Below are positions 24,011 to 34,017 of a DNA stretch of 64,000 bases, in pieces. A program made the position numbers and the translations under genes. Within the stretch, counting starts at the first letter, position 1, and every line of letters begins with the position of its first letter. The notes beneath the pieces were generated by a model, which saw nothing but the letters and a program-made list of their open reading frames with translations, was not told the origin of the DNA and ran no database searches. Source of the DNA: Candidatus Magasanikbacteria bacterium RIFOXYD1_FULL_40_23 (GTDB taxonomy: Bacteria > Patescibacteriota > Patescibacteriia > Magasanikbacterales > GWA2-37-8); contig MFRA01000005.1 in the NCBI GenBank assembly GCA_001783215.1, positions 254,322 to 318,321 on the forward strand. Reading direction: 5' to 3'.

Positions 24011-25543
24011 TTACTTAGCGTATTCTACTACGCGAGTTTCGCGAATAATAGTAACACGGATTTCACCAGGGTATTGAAGTTCTTGTTCAATTTTGCGAGA
24101 GATATCTTTGGCCAATTGGAAAGCAGAATAATCGTCTACTTCATTTGGTTTTACAAACACGCGTACTTCGCGACCAGCTTGGATTGCATATACTTTATCA
24201 ATTCCAGGGAAGCTCTTGGCGGTTTTTTCTAATTCTTCCAAACGAGCCACGAATTGTTCATAGCTGTCTTTGCGAGCGCCAACTCTGGCGCCAGAGATGG
24301 CGTCGGCAGCTTTGGCAATAGAAGAATAGATATTGTAAGGTTTGTCTTGGTGGTGAGTAAGAGCTGCTTGGCAGATATCTTCGTCCATGTTGAACTTTTT
24401 CAAGATCATATGGCCAATCTCTGGGTGAGAGCCTTGAGTCTCTTGGTCCACAGCTTTACCAATATCGTGGAAGAAGCCACATTTTTTGGCCTTAGCTGCA
24501 TCAAGTCCTAGTTCGCTAGCAATCATACCGGCCAAGTAGCCAGTCTCCATAGAGTGGAGAATAATATTTTGTCCGTAGCTAGTGCGGTATTTTAATCTAC
24601 CAACAATACTTACTAATTTTGGATCAATGCCGGTAATGCCCATTTTATAAAGGGCTTCCTCACCAGCTTTTTTGATATCCACTGCCAAATCTTGTTTGGC
24701 TTTTTCTACAAACTCTTCGATGCGAGCTGGTTGAATGCGGCCATCAGCCATTAATTTTTCTAGCGCCAGCTTGGCAATTTGTCGGCGGATAGGGGAGAAT
24801 CCAGATACTACGATAGCGTCTGGGGTGTCGTCGATAATAAGTTCACAACCAGTTAGCTTTTCAATTGTTTTAATGTTGCGTCCTTCTTTACCGATAATGC
24901 GGCCCTTCATGTCTTCGCTAGTTAGCTGTACGGTGGTGGAAGTGATTTCGGCAGCATGAGAAGAAGCACAGCGCTGTACTGCGTCGGCAATAAGTTCGCG
25001 AGCTTTTTCTTCGTAAACTTCTATTGATTCTTTGTCTAGTTTCAAAACTCTAGCCATCAAATCGGCTTTGCTTTGTTGTTCAATTCTTTTTAGAAGCTCT
25101 TCTTTGGCCTCTTCTTTTTTCATTGTTGCAATCTGTTGCAATTTTTCTACCTCTTGCTCCTTCATTTGTTCTATCTCTGTTTTTATATGTTGGATCTGGT
25201 CTGCTTTTTCTTGTAGTTTTTGTTTGCTACCTTCTAGTTCAATCAATTTTTGATCAAACAAAGCCTCGCGTCTTTCTAGTCTTTCTTGGGCATTGTGAAG
25301 ATCTTGGCGAACGGTTTTTTCTTCACGCTTAGCTTCGTCTACTATTTGAGTAGCTTTTTCTTTGCCCTGTAGGATTATTTCTTGTTGTTTTGTTTTTGCT
25401 TCAACAAGAAGACTCTCTGCTTTGGCTTCGATAGAGTTGGCTTGGGCTTGAGCCAATTTTTTCCTTAAGAAGTATCCAACGCTTGTGCCGAGTCCGGCGC
25501 CAGCTACTACCAGGATTGCCCAGATAAAGTTTGACATATACAA
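24011..25543 (-). CDS. rny: Ribonuclease Y
   Basis: N-terminal TM, long coiled-coil, KH domain (GRIIGKEGRNIKTIE), HD domain (HSMETGYLAGMIASELG...FFHDIGKA). Confidence 0.9.
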   Translation of the reverse strand: MYMSNFIWAILVVAGAGLGTSVGYFLRKKLAQAQANSIEAKAESLLVEAKTKQQEIILQGKEKATQIVDEAKREEKTVRQDLHNAQERLERREALFDQKLIELEGSKQKLQEKADQIQHIKTEIEQMKEQEVEKLQQIATMKKEEAKEELLKRIEQQSKADLMARVLKLDKESIEVYEEKARELIADAVQRCASSHAAEITSTTVQLTSEDMKGRIIGKEGRNIKTIEKLTGCELIIDDTPDAIVVSGFSPIRRQIAKLALEKLMADGRIQPARIEEFVEKAKQDLAVDIKKAGEEALYKMGITGIDPKLVSIVGRLKYRTSYGQNIILHSMETGYLAGMIASELGLDAAKAKKCGFFHDIGKAVDQETQGSHPEIGHMILKKFNMDEDICQAALTHHQDKPYNIYSSIAKAADAISGARVGARKDSYEQFVARLEELEKTAKSFPGIDKVYAIQAGREVRVFVKPNEVDDYSAFQLAKDISRKIEQELQYPGEIRVTIIRETRVVEYAK

Positions 25544-25845
25544 AAATCCTCAAAATCTTTGAGTTATTACTATTTAAAGCTGAGAGAAGAAGCTTTAGAT
25601 TCGGTAGTTATTTACGGATAAAATACAAAAAAGCACAGGCAAATTCGCTTGTTTTAGGTCTTTTTGGAAGTTTTTTTGTAGTTTTTTTAGCATAAATGGC
25701 CGAACTAATTGCTATCTGTTTGGATCTTTTTCGTTTCTTCTTGCAGAAATAAAGGTAATTACCTAAAGATCATTAATAATTTAATACTGGGTATATATTA
25801 GCATTCTTGGGCCAATTTGTCAAACTGTGGGAGTAAGTATAAAAA

Positions 25846-26070
25846 TTACATTTTCCAGGTTTGTTGGTTGTCTTTTGTTGGAGGTTTTTCTGGTGTTGGG
25901 GGTGGGGTAGGGTCGTGGATAGGTGCGTCAATAGTAGGCTGCGGATTGTCTTCCGGCATTCTTTTCTTGCGTTCTTTGTCTATCCTTCTTTTTATTTCAT
26001 CTGGTGGGGGTATTTTGGTTGGGTCAATTTCTGGCATCCAGGGGTCTTTTTTATCTGGACTGCTCATCAT
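25846..26070 (-). CDS. Small Pro/Lys/Asp-rich ORF immediately downstream of truB (uncertain)
   Basis: Co-directional with truB and overlaps it by 20 nt. The proline-rich low-complexity sequence also yields ORFs in two plus-strand frames, so coding status is uncertain. Confidence 0.25.
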   Translation of the reverse strand: MMSSPDKKDPWMPEIDPTKIPPPDEIKRRIDKERKKRMPEDNPQPTIDAPIHDPTPPPTPEKPPTKDNQQTWKM

Positions 26071-26740
26071 ATGATTTGAAATTATCTAAATTAATAGCAT
26101 TTTTTAGTAAGTATTTGCCAATTTTTGTACGCATTAATTCTTGGCAATAAGCGCCAGTTTCTAACTTTGCGCCTATATCGTGAGCCAATGTGCGAATGTA
26201 GGTTCCTGCCGAACATTGTACTTCAATTTTTAAAATAGGCCAAGAGTATTCTAAAAGCTTAATTTTATAAATTTCTATTTCGTTTGCTTTTCTTTCTACA
26301 GTTATTCCTTTTCTAGCCAACTGGTATAGTCTTTGTCCGTCTACCCATTTGGCAGAAAACATTGGCGGAGTTTGTAGTTGTTTGCCAATAAAAGTTTTAA
26401 GTAGGCTTTTTATTTGTTTTTTGTCTGGTTGAATCATGCTGTGTGTATCATGCATCGTGATCTGTCCGGTTTTATCATCAGTATCACTTGTGGCTCCAAG
26501 TTTAATAGTAGCAATATACGTTTTGGGCATGTTTTTAAACCCGTCCAGTTTTTTGGTAGCTTCTCGGCCAACACCTACGATAAGCAGTCCGGTGGCAAAC
26601 GGATCCAGAGTGCCGGCATGACCAACCTTTACCCTTTTTTGTTTGTCGGGTAGGGGGGTCTTTTTAACACGGTTGCGTACAAAAGCTACAACATCAAAAC
26701 TGCTCCAGCCTTCGGGTTTGTTAATTAATAGGTAGTTCAT
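26051..26740 (-). CDS. truB: tRNA pseudouridine(55) synthase TruB
   Basis: INKPEGWSSFDVVAFVR...KVGHAGTLDPFATGLLIVGVGREATK, with the catalytic Asp in GTLDP. Confidence 0.9.
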   Translation of the reverse strand: MNYLLINKPEGWSSFDVVAFVRNRVKKTPLPDKQKRVKVGHAGTLDPFATGLLIVGVGREATKKLDGFKNMPKTYIATIKLGATSDTDDKTGQITMHDTHSMIQPDKKQIKSLLKTFIGKQLQTPPMFSAKWVDGQRLYQLARKGITVERKANEIEIYKIKLLEYSWPILKIEVQCSAGTYIRTLAHDIGAKLETGAYCQELMRTKIGKYLLKNAINLDNFKSYDEQSR

Positions 26741-26826
26741 AAACGAAATGAGTGAGCAAAGTAATAAGCCTGCTTAATTACTTTCGAGCGAATGAGTATA
26801 TATGCAGCTTTAGCCCATATATAGTA
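26741..26826 (-). repeat. Family-C leader module, copy 2, ending at the truB start codon (minus-strand orientation)
   Basis: Minus-strand read tatatgggctaaagctgcatatatactcattcgctc + palindrome gaaagtaattaagc-agg-cttattactttg + ctcactcatttcgttt + ATG(truB). Confidence 0.75.
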
Positions 26827-26873
26827 TTTGTGTTATTATGCAAGAGTTTAAGGAAAAGGACAAGAAGCCTAAA

Positions 26874-26902
26874 TTGACTTTTTAAGGCTTCTTCTATATA
26901 AT
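26874..26902 (+). promoter_or_regulatory. Near-consensus sigma-70 promoter for infB (-35 TTGACT, 17 bp, -10 TATAAT), with an 8-bp palindrome aagaagcct/aggcttctt overlapping the -35
   Basis: TTGACT at 26874-26879; TATAAT at 26897-26902; infB ATG at 26927. Confidence 0.5.
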
Positions 26903-26926
26903 ACGACGTATTCTAAACCAAATCCT

Positions 26927-28945
26927 GTGAATGTTTCCGAACTAGCCAGACAACTCAGAATCCACCCTCAAAAGCTTTTGCAAATTTTGCCTGAGTTTGG
27001 TTTTGATATTGGTGCCAAAGCGATAAAGATAGACGATCGTATCGCTCAGCAAATTCAACGCCAATGGAAACGAATTAAGTTTGTAATGGAAGAAAGAGAG
27101 ATGCAGGAAAAAGAAAAGCAAAAAGAATTAGAAAAAGAAGCGCGCAAAAGTAGTGGTGTTACAGTAAATATCGCCGACAAATTAACTGTGCGCGAATTGG
27201 CTGAATTATTGCAGATGCCAGTTACTAGGTTGATTATGGAATTCATGAAGAATGGTATTTTGGCTACTCAAAATGAAAATATAGACCGCGATACTGCTGT
27301 ACTAGTTGCCCAAGAACTTGGGTTTACTGTAGCCGAAGGATCTGGAGAAACTACAGTGGTAGAAGAAACTTCTCATGTAGAAAATTTGCAAAGCATCTTA
27401 ACAGAAGAAGGTGGAGTTGCCCGACCGCCAGTAATTGTGGTTATGGGTCACGTAGACCACGGTAAAACCAAATTGTTAGATTCTATCCGTAGTGCCAACG
27501 TTATGGCTCAAGAAGCCGGCGGTATTACCCAGCACATTGGTGCGTACCAAGTAGTTTGGAATAATCCAAAAACAAAAGAAAAATCTCCTCTTACTTTTAT
27601 TGATACTCCTGGCCATGAAGCCTTTTCGGTTATGCGTGGTCGTGGTGCCAAAGTGGCCGATATTGCAGTGTTAGTTGTTGCTGCCGATGATAGTGTAAAA
27701 CCACAGACTATAGAAGCGATAAATATTATTAAAGCCGTAAAATTACCGGTGGTAGTAGCGATAAACAAAATGGACAAAGAAGGTGCCGATCCGAAAAAAG
27801 TGCGCGCCGACTTGTCTCAGCATAATATTTTGGCCGAAGAATGGGGTGGCGATGTGCCAATGGTAGAAATTTCTGCGAAAAATAATTTAAATATAGACAA
27901 GCTTTTGGATATTTTGCTTCTTGTGGCCGATGTTCACGCCGACGAAATAAAAGCTAACCCAGGTAGAGCCGCTGCAGGTACAATTATTGAAGCTCATGTA
28001 GACAAAGGCGAAGGACCGGTAGCTACTGTGCTTGTACAAACCGGAACCCTAAAATTAAATGATCCACTAGTTGTAAATGGGGAAATTTATGGCAAAGTGC
28101 GCGCCATGAGAGATTATAAGGGAGAGAATTTGAAAGAAGCTGTGCCAAGTTGTCCGGTCAGAATTTTGGGTTTCAAAGTTGCTCCGCAAGTTGGAGATAT
28201 TTTGGATGTTGGTAGTGCCGGTACAGCCAACCTAATTAACATAAAAGAAAAACGAAATATTCAATCTGGTGCTGAAAAGAAAGTCGTTTCTAGAACTGCC
28301 GACCCAGAAGAAGAGGAGCAGAAAAAAGTTTTGAATTTGGTAATTAAAGCCGATACCCTTGGATCGCTCGAAGCAATTATTGGGTCTTTGGACAAGATTA
28401 AAAACGATGAAGTGGGCGTGCGTGTGGTAGGTAAAGGTTTGGGAAATGTAAGCGCCGACGATGTGTCTAAAGCCGAAACTACCCATGCAGTTATTTGTGG
28501 GTTCAATGTGACACCGGTGCTGCTGGCCAAAAACATGATTCAAGATAAAAATATACAATTTTTGGAATTTAGTGTAATATATGATCTCATGGACTTTGTA
28601 AAAGTAGAGTTGAAGAAATTACTAAATCCGGAAAAAATTGTTATCGAGTTGGGTAGTCTACGAGTCGCCGCCATTTTCCGCACCACCAAAAACAGCATGA
28701 TTGTCGGTGGGCGAGTAGAGTCCGGTAAAATTAAAAAAGATGCTCGCGCCAGAGTAAGACGCAACGGAGAAATAATTGGTACTGGTAAATTAGCCCAGCT
28801 TCAGTCCGGCAAACAAACCGTAAACGAATTGCCAGAAGGCAATGAAGGCGGCTTGCAATTTGATGGTAAATTAAAATTAGAAGTGGGCGACGTTTTGGAA
28901 GCTTACAAAGAAGAAGAAAAAGAAAAGAAGTTGATTTTGGGATAG
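26927..28945 (+). CDS. infB: Translation initiation factor IF-2
   Basis: GTP-binding domain ([24 protein letters not shown]), beta-barrel domains and a Lys/Glu-rich N-terminal region. Confidence 0.95.
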   Translation: MNVSELARQLRIHPQKLLQILPEFGFDIGAKAIKIDDRIAQQIQRQWKRIKFVMEEREMQEKEKQKELEKEARKSSGVTVNIADKLTVRELAELLQMPVTRLIMEFMKNGILATQNENIDRDTAVLVAQELGFTVAEGSGETTVVEETSHVENLQSILTEEGGVARPPVIVVMGHVDHGKTKLLDSIRSANVMAQEAGGITQHIGAYQVVWNNPKTKEKSPLTFIDTPGHEAFSVMRGRGAKVADIAVLVVAADDSVKPQTIEAINIIKAVKLPVVVAINKMDKEGADPKKVRADLSQHNILAEEWGGDVPMVEISAKNNLNIDKLLDILLLVADVHADEIKANPGRAAAGTIIEAHVDKGEGPVATVLVQTGTLKLNDPLVVNGEIYGKVRAMRDYKGENLKEAVPSCPVRILGFKVAPQVGDILDVGSAGTANLINIKEKRNIQSGAEKKVVSRTADPEEEEQKKVLNLVIKADTLGSLEAIIGSLDKIKNDEVGVRVVGKGLGNVSADDVSKAETTHAVICGFNVTPVLLAKNMIQDKNIQFLEFSVIYDLMDFVKVELKKLLNPEKIVIELGSLRVAAIFRTTKNSMIVGGRVESGKIKKDARARVRRNGEIIGTGKLAQLQSGKQTVNELPEGNEGGLQFDGKLKLEVGDVLEAYKEEEKEKKLILG

Positions 28946-28972
28946 TGTGCGATGAAGGATGAATAAAGAAGT

Positions 28973-29365
28973 ATGAATTATGAGGCTAGAAAAATTAACA
29001 GCTTTGTTGATTTGAATGCTTGGCAGGAAGGGCATAAATTGGTTTTAGAAATTTATGAAATTACTAAAAAATTTCCCTCGGCAGAAAATTTTGGTTTGAC
29101 AAGTCAGATGCAGCGAAGTGCGGTATCTATAACTTCAAATATTGCAGAGGGTTTTGGCAGACAAACATATAAAGACAAAACACATTTTTATTTTATCTCG
29201 GCCGGTTCTTTAACAGAACTGCATAATCAAGTTATTATTTCCAAGGATTTAAAGTATATAACAATAGAAAAGTTCGGTGTTATAGGTGGTCAGATAATAA
29301 AGGTTCAAAAAATACTTAACGGCTTAATAAAAAGTTCAAAGTCTCGCATTATTCATAATTCCTAA
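28973..29365 (+). CDS. Four-helix-bundle protein (23S rRNA intervening-sequence protein family)
   Basis: AWQEGHKLVLEIY...FGLTSQMQRSAVSITSNIAEGFGR...ELHNQVIIS, the hallmark of the PF05635/TIGR02436 family. Confidence 0.8.
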   Translation: MNYEARKINSFVDLNAWQEGHKLVLEIYEITKKFPSAENFGLTSQMQRSAVSITSNIAEGFGRQTYKDKTHFYFISAGSLTELHNQVIISKDLKYITIEKFGVIGGQIIKVQKILNGLIKSSKSRIIHNS

Positions 29366-29384
29366 TTCTTTATTCTTAAATAGT

Positions 29385-29705
29385 ATGGAACACATTTTCA
29401 CCGAAGCAAATTTTGATCAAGAAGTTTTAAAATCAACCACGCCGGTATTTGTGGATTTTTGGGCAGCTTGGTGCGGTCCTTGTCAGATGATGTCTCCGCT
29501 TGTAGAAGAAATGGCCAAGTCCTACGAAGGTAAAAATATTAAAATTGGCAAATGTAATGTAGATGAAAACCCGGAAATTTCTTCTAGGTACAATATAATG
29601 AGTATTCCATCGTTTATGGTTTTTAAAAACGGCGAATTGGTAGACCAGGTAGTAGGTGGTGTGCAAAAAGAAAAATTGCAGGCAATGATAGATAAACATA
29701 TATAA
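29385..29705 (+). CDS. trxA: Thioredoxin
   Basis: WAAWCGPCQMMSP active site. 106 aa. Confidence 0.95.
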   Translation: MEHIFTEANFDQEVLKSTTPVFVDFWAAWCGPCQMMSPLVEEMAKSYEGKNIKIGKCNVDENPEISSRYNIMSIPSFMVFKNGELVDQVVGGVQKEKLQAMIDKHI

Positions 29706-29730
29706 GTAGTTTCTTAAATATTTTAAAAGA

Positions 29731-29762
29731 AAAGACGATCGTTTAAAGCGGTCGTCTTTTGT
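29731..29762 (+). terminator. Rho-independent terminator after trxA
   Basis: aaagacgatcg-tttaaag-cggtcgtctttt. Confidence 0.6.
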
Positions 29763-29859
29763 ATATTGTAAATTTTGTCATATTATGATAAAAATGTACT
29801 ATATTTTCTTAATCTGCCCAAAATTGGGTGGGTAAACGCAAAAACAAGTGGAGGGTCAT

Positions 29860-30306
29860 ATGTTGCTCAGCGCGCAAGAGCTGGCAAGCTTTAGTGGAGG
29901 GCAGGTCCAGCTAAGAGAAGCTTGTAGACAAGTTGGCAATCTGTTTGATGGCAAACATCCGGACTTTCGTTGTGGAGCCGCGCTATTTCAGGGAGGAATT
30001 CAACGATTGCTGATTGTGGAAGATAGTTTGCAAGCTTGGATAGTTTGGTATGCCAAGAACGAAGGTTGTCCAACCCAAGTTGCTCCAAGATGGTTTAAGT
30101 GTCGTGGAAAGATTTTGCAGTGGAGTGTCAAGGGTGTGAAAGAAGATAGCATCATTCGGAAGGATGGGGGTTTGGTGGAACTTCCACTTGGTTTAACCGA
30201 CAGACGGTTGATCTTGTTTCAGAAGGGGTATGCGGGTCGGGAGTATGGCGGCTTGGTAGTCGTCGAAGCGCAGGTGGTGACTGTCAATAAGGGTGATCTT
30301 TTTTAG
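29860..30306 (+). CDS. GC-elevated (~50%) hypothetical secreted protein with a double-glycine-type leader (MLLSAQELASFSGG) and a 4-Cys mature region. Start taken at the second ATG, preceded by a strong GGAGGG RBS.
   Basis: Leader matches the LSxxELxxIxGG consensus of class II bacteriocin/GG-leader peptides. The ORF track starts 12 nt upstream (29848), inside the RBS. Confidence 0.5.
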   Translation: MLLSAQELASFSGGQVQLREACRQVGNLFDGKHPDFRCGAALFQGGIQRLLIVEDSLQAWIVWYAKNEGCPTQVAPRWFKCRGKILQWSVKGVKEDSIIRKDGGLVELPLGLTDRRLILFQKGYAGREYGGLVVVEAQVVTVNKGDLF

Positions 30307-30462
30307 ATAATTTTTTGTCCGTAATCCGCTCGTCGGAATGCCCCAACAATGTTGGTAAAGGTGTCTCGGCGAGCGGTGTTTTTTTGTTTAATTTTGTCTT
30401 GATTATTTATCTGGTTTTAGGTAAGATATATTGTACAAATTATTATAGAGATAATAGGATTT

Positions 30463-33400
30463 ATGCAGAAATACGATCCGAAAAAAATTGAAAAAAAGTG
30501 GCAGAAATATTGGGAAAAGAATAAAACTTTTGAAGTGCAAGAAGATGCTAAAAAAGATAAATTTTATTCTTTGATTGAGTTTCCTTACCCGAGTGGCGAG
30601 GGTCTTCATGTTGGCCATCCACGCCCATTTACGGCCATGGATGTGATAAGCCGCAAAAAAAGAATGGAAGGCAAAAATGTTTTGTTTCCCATTGGTTTTG
30701 ACGCTTTTGGTTTGCCGACCGAAAACTTTGCTATTAAAACCGGTAAACCGCCAGCCGAAGTAACGAAAAAAAATATTGCCAACTTTACCCGCCAGCTTAA
30801 AATGCTTGGGTTTAGTTTTGATTGGTCCAGGCAGGTAGACACTACTGACCCAAATTATTATAAATGGACCCAAAAATTATTTTTGCAATTTTTTAAACAT
30901 GGTCTTGCTTACAAAAAAAACCAGCCAATTAACTGGTGTCCAAAAGATAAAATCGGTTTGGCAAATGAAGAAGTGGTAAATGGAAACTGTGAGCGTTGCG
31001 GCACTCCGGTAGAAAAACGAAACAAAGAGCAGTGGATGCTTGCCATTACCAAATATGCCGATAAGCTTTTGGATGGTTTAAAAAACGTAGATTATATAGA
31101 GCGCGCTCGTTTGCAACAAGAGAATTGGATTGGTAAAAGCGAAGGTGCCGAAGTAGATTTCCCTCTTCGCATGGTACCAGGCCAGACAGATGATAAACAT
31201 TTTGTAAAAATATTTACTACTCGCCCGGATACAATTTTTGGGGCAACTTTTTTGGCAGTCTCTCCAGAGCTTGCTAAGAGTTGGTTAGATATAGGTTGGC
31301 AGGCTAGTGAAGAAGTAAAAAAATATATAACTCAGGCGCTTGAAGCTCGTACCGCGGTAACTGCTCGTGAAGAACAAGAAAAAACTGGTATAAGTGCCGG
31401 CATTGTGGCAATCAATCCAGTTTCCAAAAAAGAAATTCCAGTTTGGATAACCAATTATGTAATGGGTGAAGTTGGTACGGGTGCAATTATGGGCGTGCCG
31501 GCGCACGACCAGCGTGATTTTGATTTTGCCAAAAAGTTTGGATTGCCAGTTAAACAGGTGGTTATGCAAAATATTGTGGTGGCAGGTGCCGCCGCACCAC
31601 GAGAGGGCAAAGATTTAGTGCAGCGTAAAGTAGTGACAGGTATTATTCATAATCCAAAAAATGACACTTTTTTACTTTTACGACGTGCAGATAAAGAAAG
31701 TTCTTTCGTTGGTGGTACCATTGAAAATGGCGAAGATGCTATTACAGCCCTACGTCGTGAAATTGTGGAGGAAACTGGATATACAGATTTTGAAATTAAA
31801 AGTACTTCTTTTCCTAATTTTTTTGGTAATGGCTATAAATTACGTATTGATAAAAATTGTTTGGACTTTGAATATTTTTATGCAGTTGAGCTAAAGAGCG
31901 AAGATCGTCAGGAAGTCAGCAAGGAAGAACTAGCAAAGCATGAACCATTTTTGGTACCACGCGCAGAAGTGTCTAAGACAATTACGCTTACAATGCATCA
32001 ATACATGTGGAAATATTATACAGAGGAAAAACCAAAGTATTTAATTTTTGATTTTGATGGGGTAATTGGTAATACTTTTGAGGCGTGTGCTAAGGCACAG
32101 ATGGTTATAGATAATAAAAGTAAGGAAGAGGCAGTTGAAGCAATGACAAGATATTTTAGCAGTAAGCCAAATCATGCCAAGGGGCACAGTCTTACAGAGA
32201 TAGAGATGGTTGCGAAGCTTGATTGGACGCGCAGATTTGGCGAAGAAATGGCAAAGCTAGAGTATTCATTATTTAGTAAATTTAATAAAGAAATAAAAAA
32301 CATACCAAATACAAAGGTTGCTATTATTTCTGCGGGTTCCGGATTATATATTAGAAATAGAATAGAAGAAACCGGCCTTAACCCAAGCCATGTTCTTACC
32401 TTTGAAGACCATCATTCCAAAGAAGAAAAAATAGAACAGGTCTGCAAAGATTGGGGAGTGTCTATGAAAGACGTTTATTATTTCACTGATTCCAAAGCAG
32501 ACGTATACGAATTGGAAGATTGTTTGGATCGTAAAAAAATAATCGGCTGTGCTTGGGGTTATTGCGGGTATGATCTATTGCGAGAATTGTTGCCAGAAAA
32601 CCAGGTATTAAAAAATCCAGAAGATATCCATTTGTTATTTGCAGATTCGGTTTACGAAAATGAAGGTGTGGCTGTGGAGTCAGAATTTTTAAATGGTTTA
32701 AAAACACCGGAAGCTAAACAAAAAATGATTAGTTGGTTAGAAGAAAATAGAATAGGCAAAAAACAGATAAATTATAAACTTCGCGACTGGGTTTTTTCCC
32801 GTCAGCGATATTGGGGTGAGCCAATTCCGCTTGTGCATTGCGAGAAATGCTCTGGCTGGGTTCCTCTTCCCGAAGATGAATTGCCGCTCAAATTGCCAAA
32901 AGTAGAAAAATATCAGCCAACCGATAATGGCGAATCTCCTTTGGCCGCAATGGAAAAATGGGTAAAAACTAAATGCCCAAATTGTGGCGGTCCGGCCAGA
33001 CGAGAAACAGATACTATGCCAAATTGGGCTGGTTCAAGTTGGTATTTTTTGGCCTATGCAATGGGTGGAGAAAAAAGATTAAAAGAAAAAGGCGATAAGT
33101 TTTGGGATAAAGAAATGCTAAAACATTGGCAACCTGTAGATTGGTACAATGGGGGAATGGAACATACAGTTTTGCATTTGTTGTATTCTCGTTTTTGGAA
33201 TCAATTCTTGTACGATATTGGTATGGTGCCAACACCCGAGCCGTATGCCAAGCGCACATCACACGGCATGATTCTCGCCAAGGGTGGAGAAAAAATGAGT
33301 AAATCCAAAGGAAATGTTGTAAACCCGGATGAAATGGTGGAACAGTTCGGCGCTGATGCTTTGCGCGCTTATATTATGTTTATGGGTCCGTTTGATCAGG

Positions 33401-33957
33401 CAGTAGAGTGGGATACAAATGGGCTAGTTGGGGTGAAAAGATTTTTGGATAAAGTATGGAATTTGCAAGAAAAAGTTGAAAATAAAATTACAGATACTAA
33501 AATTGAGACGGCTTTACATCAAACTATTAAAAAAGTTACCGAAGATATAGATGCGATGCGGTTTAATACAGCGATTGCCAAGATGATGGAATTGGTGAAT
33601 GAGATGTCAAAAGCGGATAAGATTTCAGTTGTAAATTATACTTATTTAGTTCAAATTTTGGCGCCATTTGCTCCACACCTGTGTGAAGAACTGTGGGATG
33701 TGCTTGGACATGAAAAATCATTAGCCTGTGAATCTTGGCCGCAATTTAATCCGGAATTAATAAAGGAGAGTGAAGTCACTTTGGCTGTCCAAGTAAATGG
33801 AAAATTGCGCGATACAATAACTGTGGCCGCAGACATATCGGAAGAAGAGGCCAAAAGGACGGCGCTATCAAGCGAAGCAGTTAAGAAGTGGCTAGAAGGT
33901 AAAGAGCCAAAAAAAGTTATCTATGTAAAAGGCAAGTTGGTGAGTGTGGTGGTTTAG
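30463..33957 (+). CDS. leuS: Leucyl-tRNA synthetase with a ~400-aa internal insertion carrying Nudix-hydrolase-like and HAD-hydrolase-like modules
   Basis: HVGH (class I HIGH motif), CP1/editing blocks (TTRPDTIFGATFLAVSPE, VPAHDQRDFDFAKKFG), KMSKS, an anticodon-binding C-terminus. Insert at ~31570-32770 has GGTIENGEDAITALRREIVEETGY (perfect Nudix box Gx5Ex7REUxEExGU), LIFDFDGVIG (HAD motif I) and VAIISAGSG. Confidence 0.9.
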   Translation: MQKYDPKKIEKKWQKYWEKNKTFEVQEDAKKDKFYSLIEFPYPSGEGLHVGHPRPFTAMDVISRKKRMEGKNVLFPIGFDAFGLPTENFAIKTGKPPAEVTKKNIANFTRQLKMLGFSFDWSRQVDTTDPNYYKWTQKLFLQFFKHGLAYKKNQPINWCPKDKIGLANEEVVNGNCERCGTPVEKRNKEQWMLAITKYADKLLDGLKNVDYIERARLQQENWIGKSEGAEVDFPLRMVPGQTDDKHFVKIFTTRPDTIFGATFLAVSPELAKSWLDIGWQASEEVKKYITQALEARTAVTAREEQEKTGISAGIVAINPVSKKEIPVWITNYVMGEVGTGAIMGVPAHDQRDFDFAKKFGLPVKQVVMQNIVVAGAAAPREGKDLVQRKVVTGIIHNPKNDTFLLLRRADKESSFVGGTIENGEDAITALRREIVEETGYTDFEIKSTSFPNFFGNGYKLRIDKNCLDFEYFYAVELKSEDRQEVSKEELAKHEPFLVPRAEVSKTITLTMHQYMWKYYTEEKPKYLIFDFDGVIGNTFEACAKAQMVIDNKSKEEAVEAMTRYFSSKPNHAKGHSLTEIEMVAKLDWTRRFGEEMAKLEYSLFSKFNKEIKNIPNTKVAIISAGSGLYIRNRIEETGLNPSHVLTFEDHHSKEEKIEQVCKDWGVSMKDVYYFTDSKADVYELEDCLDRKKIIGCAWGYCGYDLLRELLPENQVLKNPEDIHLLFADSVYENEGVAVESEFLNGLKTPEAKQKMISWLEENRIGKKQINYKLRDWVFSRQRYWGEPIPLVHCEKCSGWVPLPEDELPLKLPKVEKYQPTDNGESPLAAMEKWVKTKCPNCGGPARRETDTMPNWAGSSWYFLAYAMGGEKRLKEKGDKFWDKEMLKHWQPVDWYNGGMEHTVLHLLYSRFWNQFLYDIGMVPTPEPYAKRTSHGMILAKGGEKMSKSKGNVVNPDEMVEQFGADALRAYIMFMGPFDQAVEWDTNGLVGVKRFLDKVWNLQEKVENKITDTKIETALHQTIKKVTEDIDAMRFNTAIAKMMELVNEMSKADKISVVNYTYLVQILAPFAPHLCEELWDVLGHEKSLACESWPQFNPELIKESEVTLAVQVNGKLRDTITVAADISEEEAKRTALSSEAVKKWLEGKEPKKVIYVKGKLVSVVV

Positions 33958-34017
33958 GCACAACTTGTCCGGTTGTATTTGTAGCGGTAAATATGGTAAA
34001 ATAAGGGTGTTAACTTT

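Noticed and set aside
25817-26079. Three mutually overlapping ORFs over the Pro-rich tract (two on +, one on -)
   Set aside because: The low-complexity CCN/GGN-rich sequence is open in several frames. Only the minus-strand version (co-directional with and abutting truB) is retained as a low-confidence feature.
30307-30462. T-box riboswitch upstream of leuS
   Set aside because: The hairpin plus U-run at 30320-30400 sits immediately after the preceding gene and reads as its terminator. No specifier-loop or T-box consensus (AATTAGGGTGGNACCGCG) was found.
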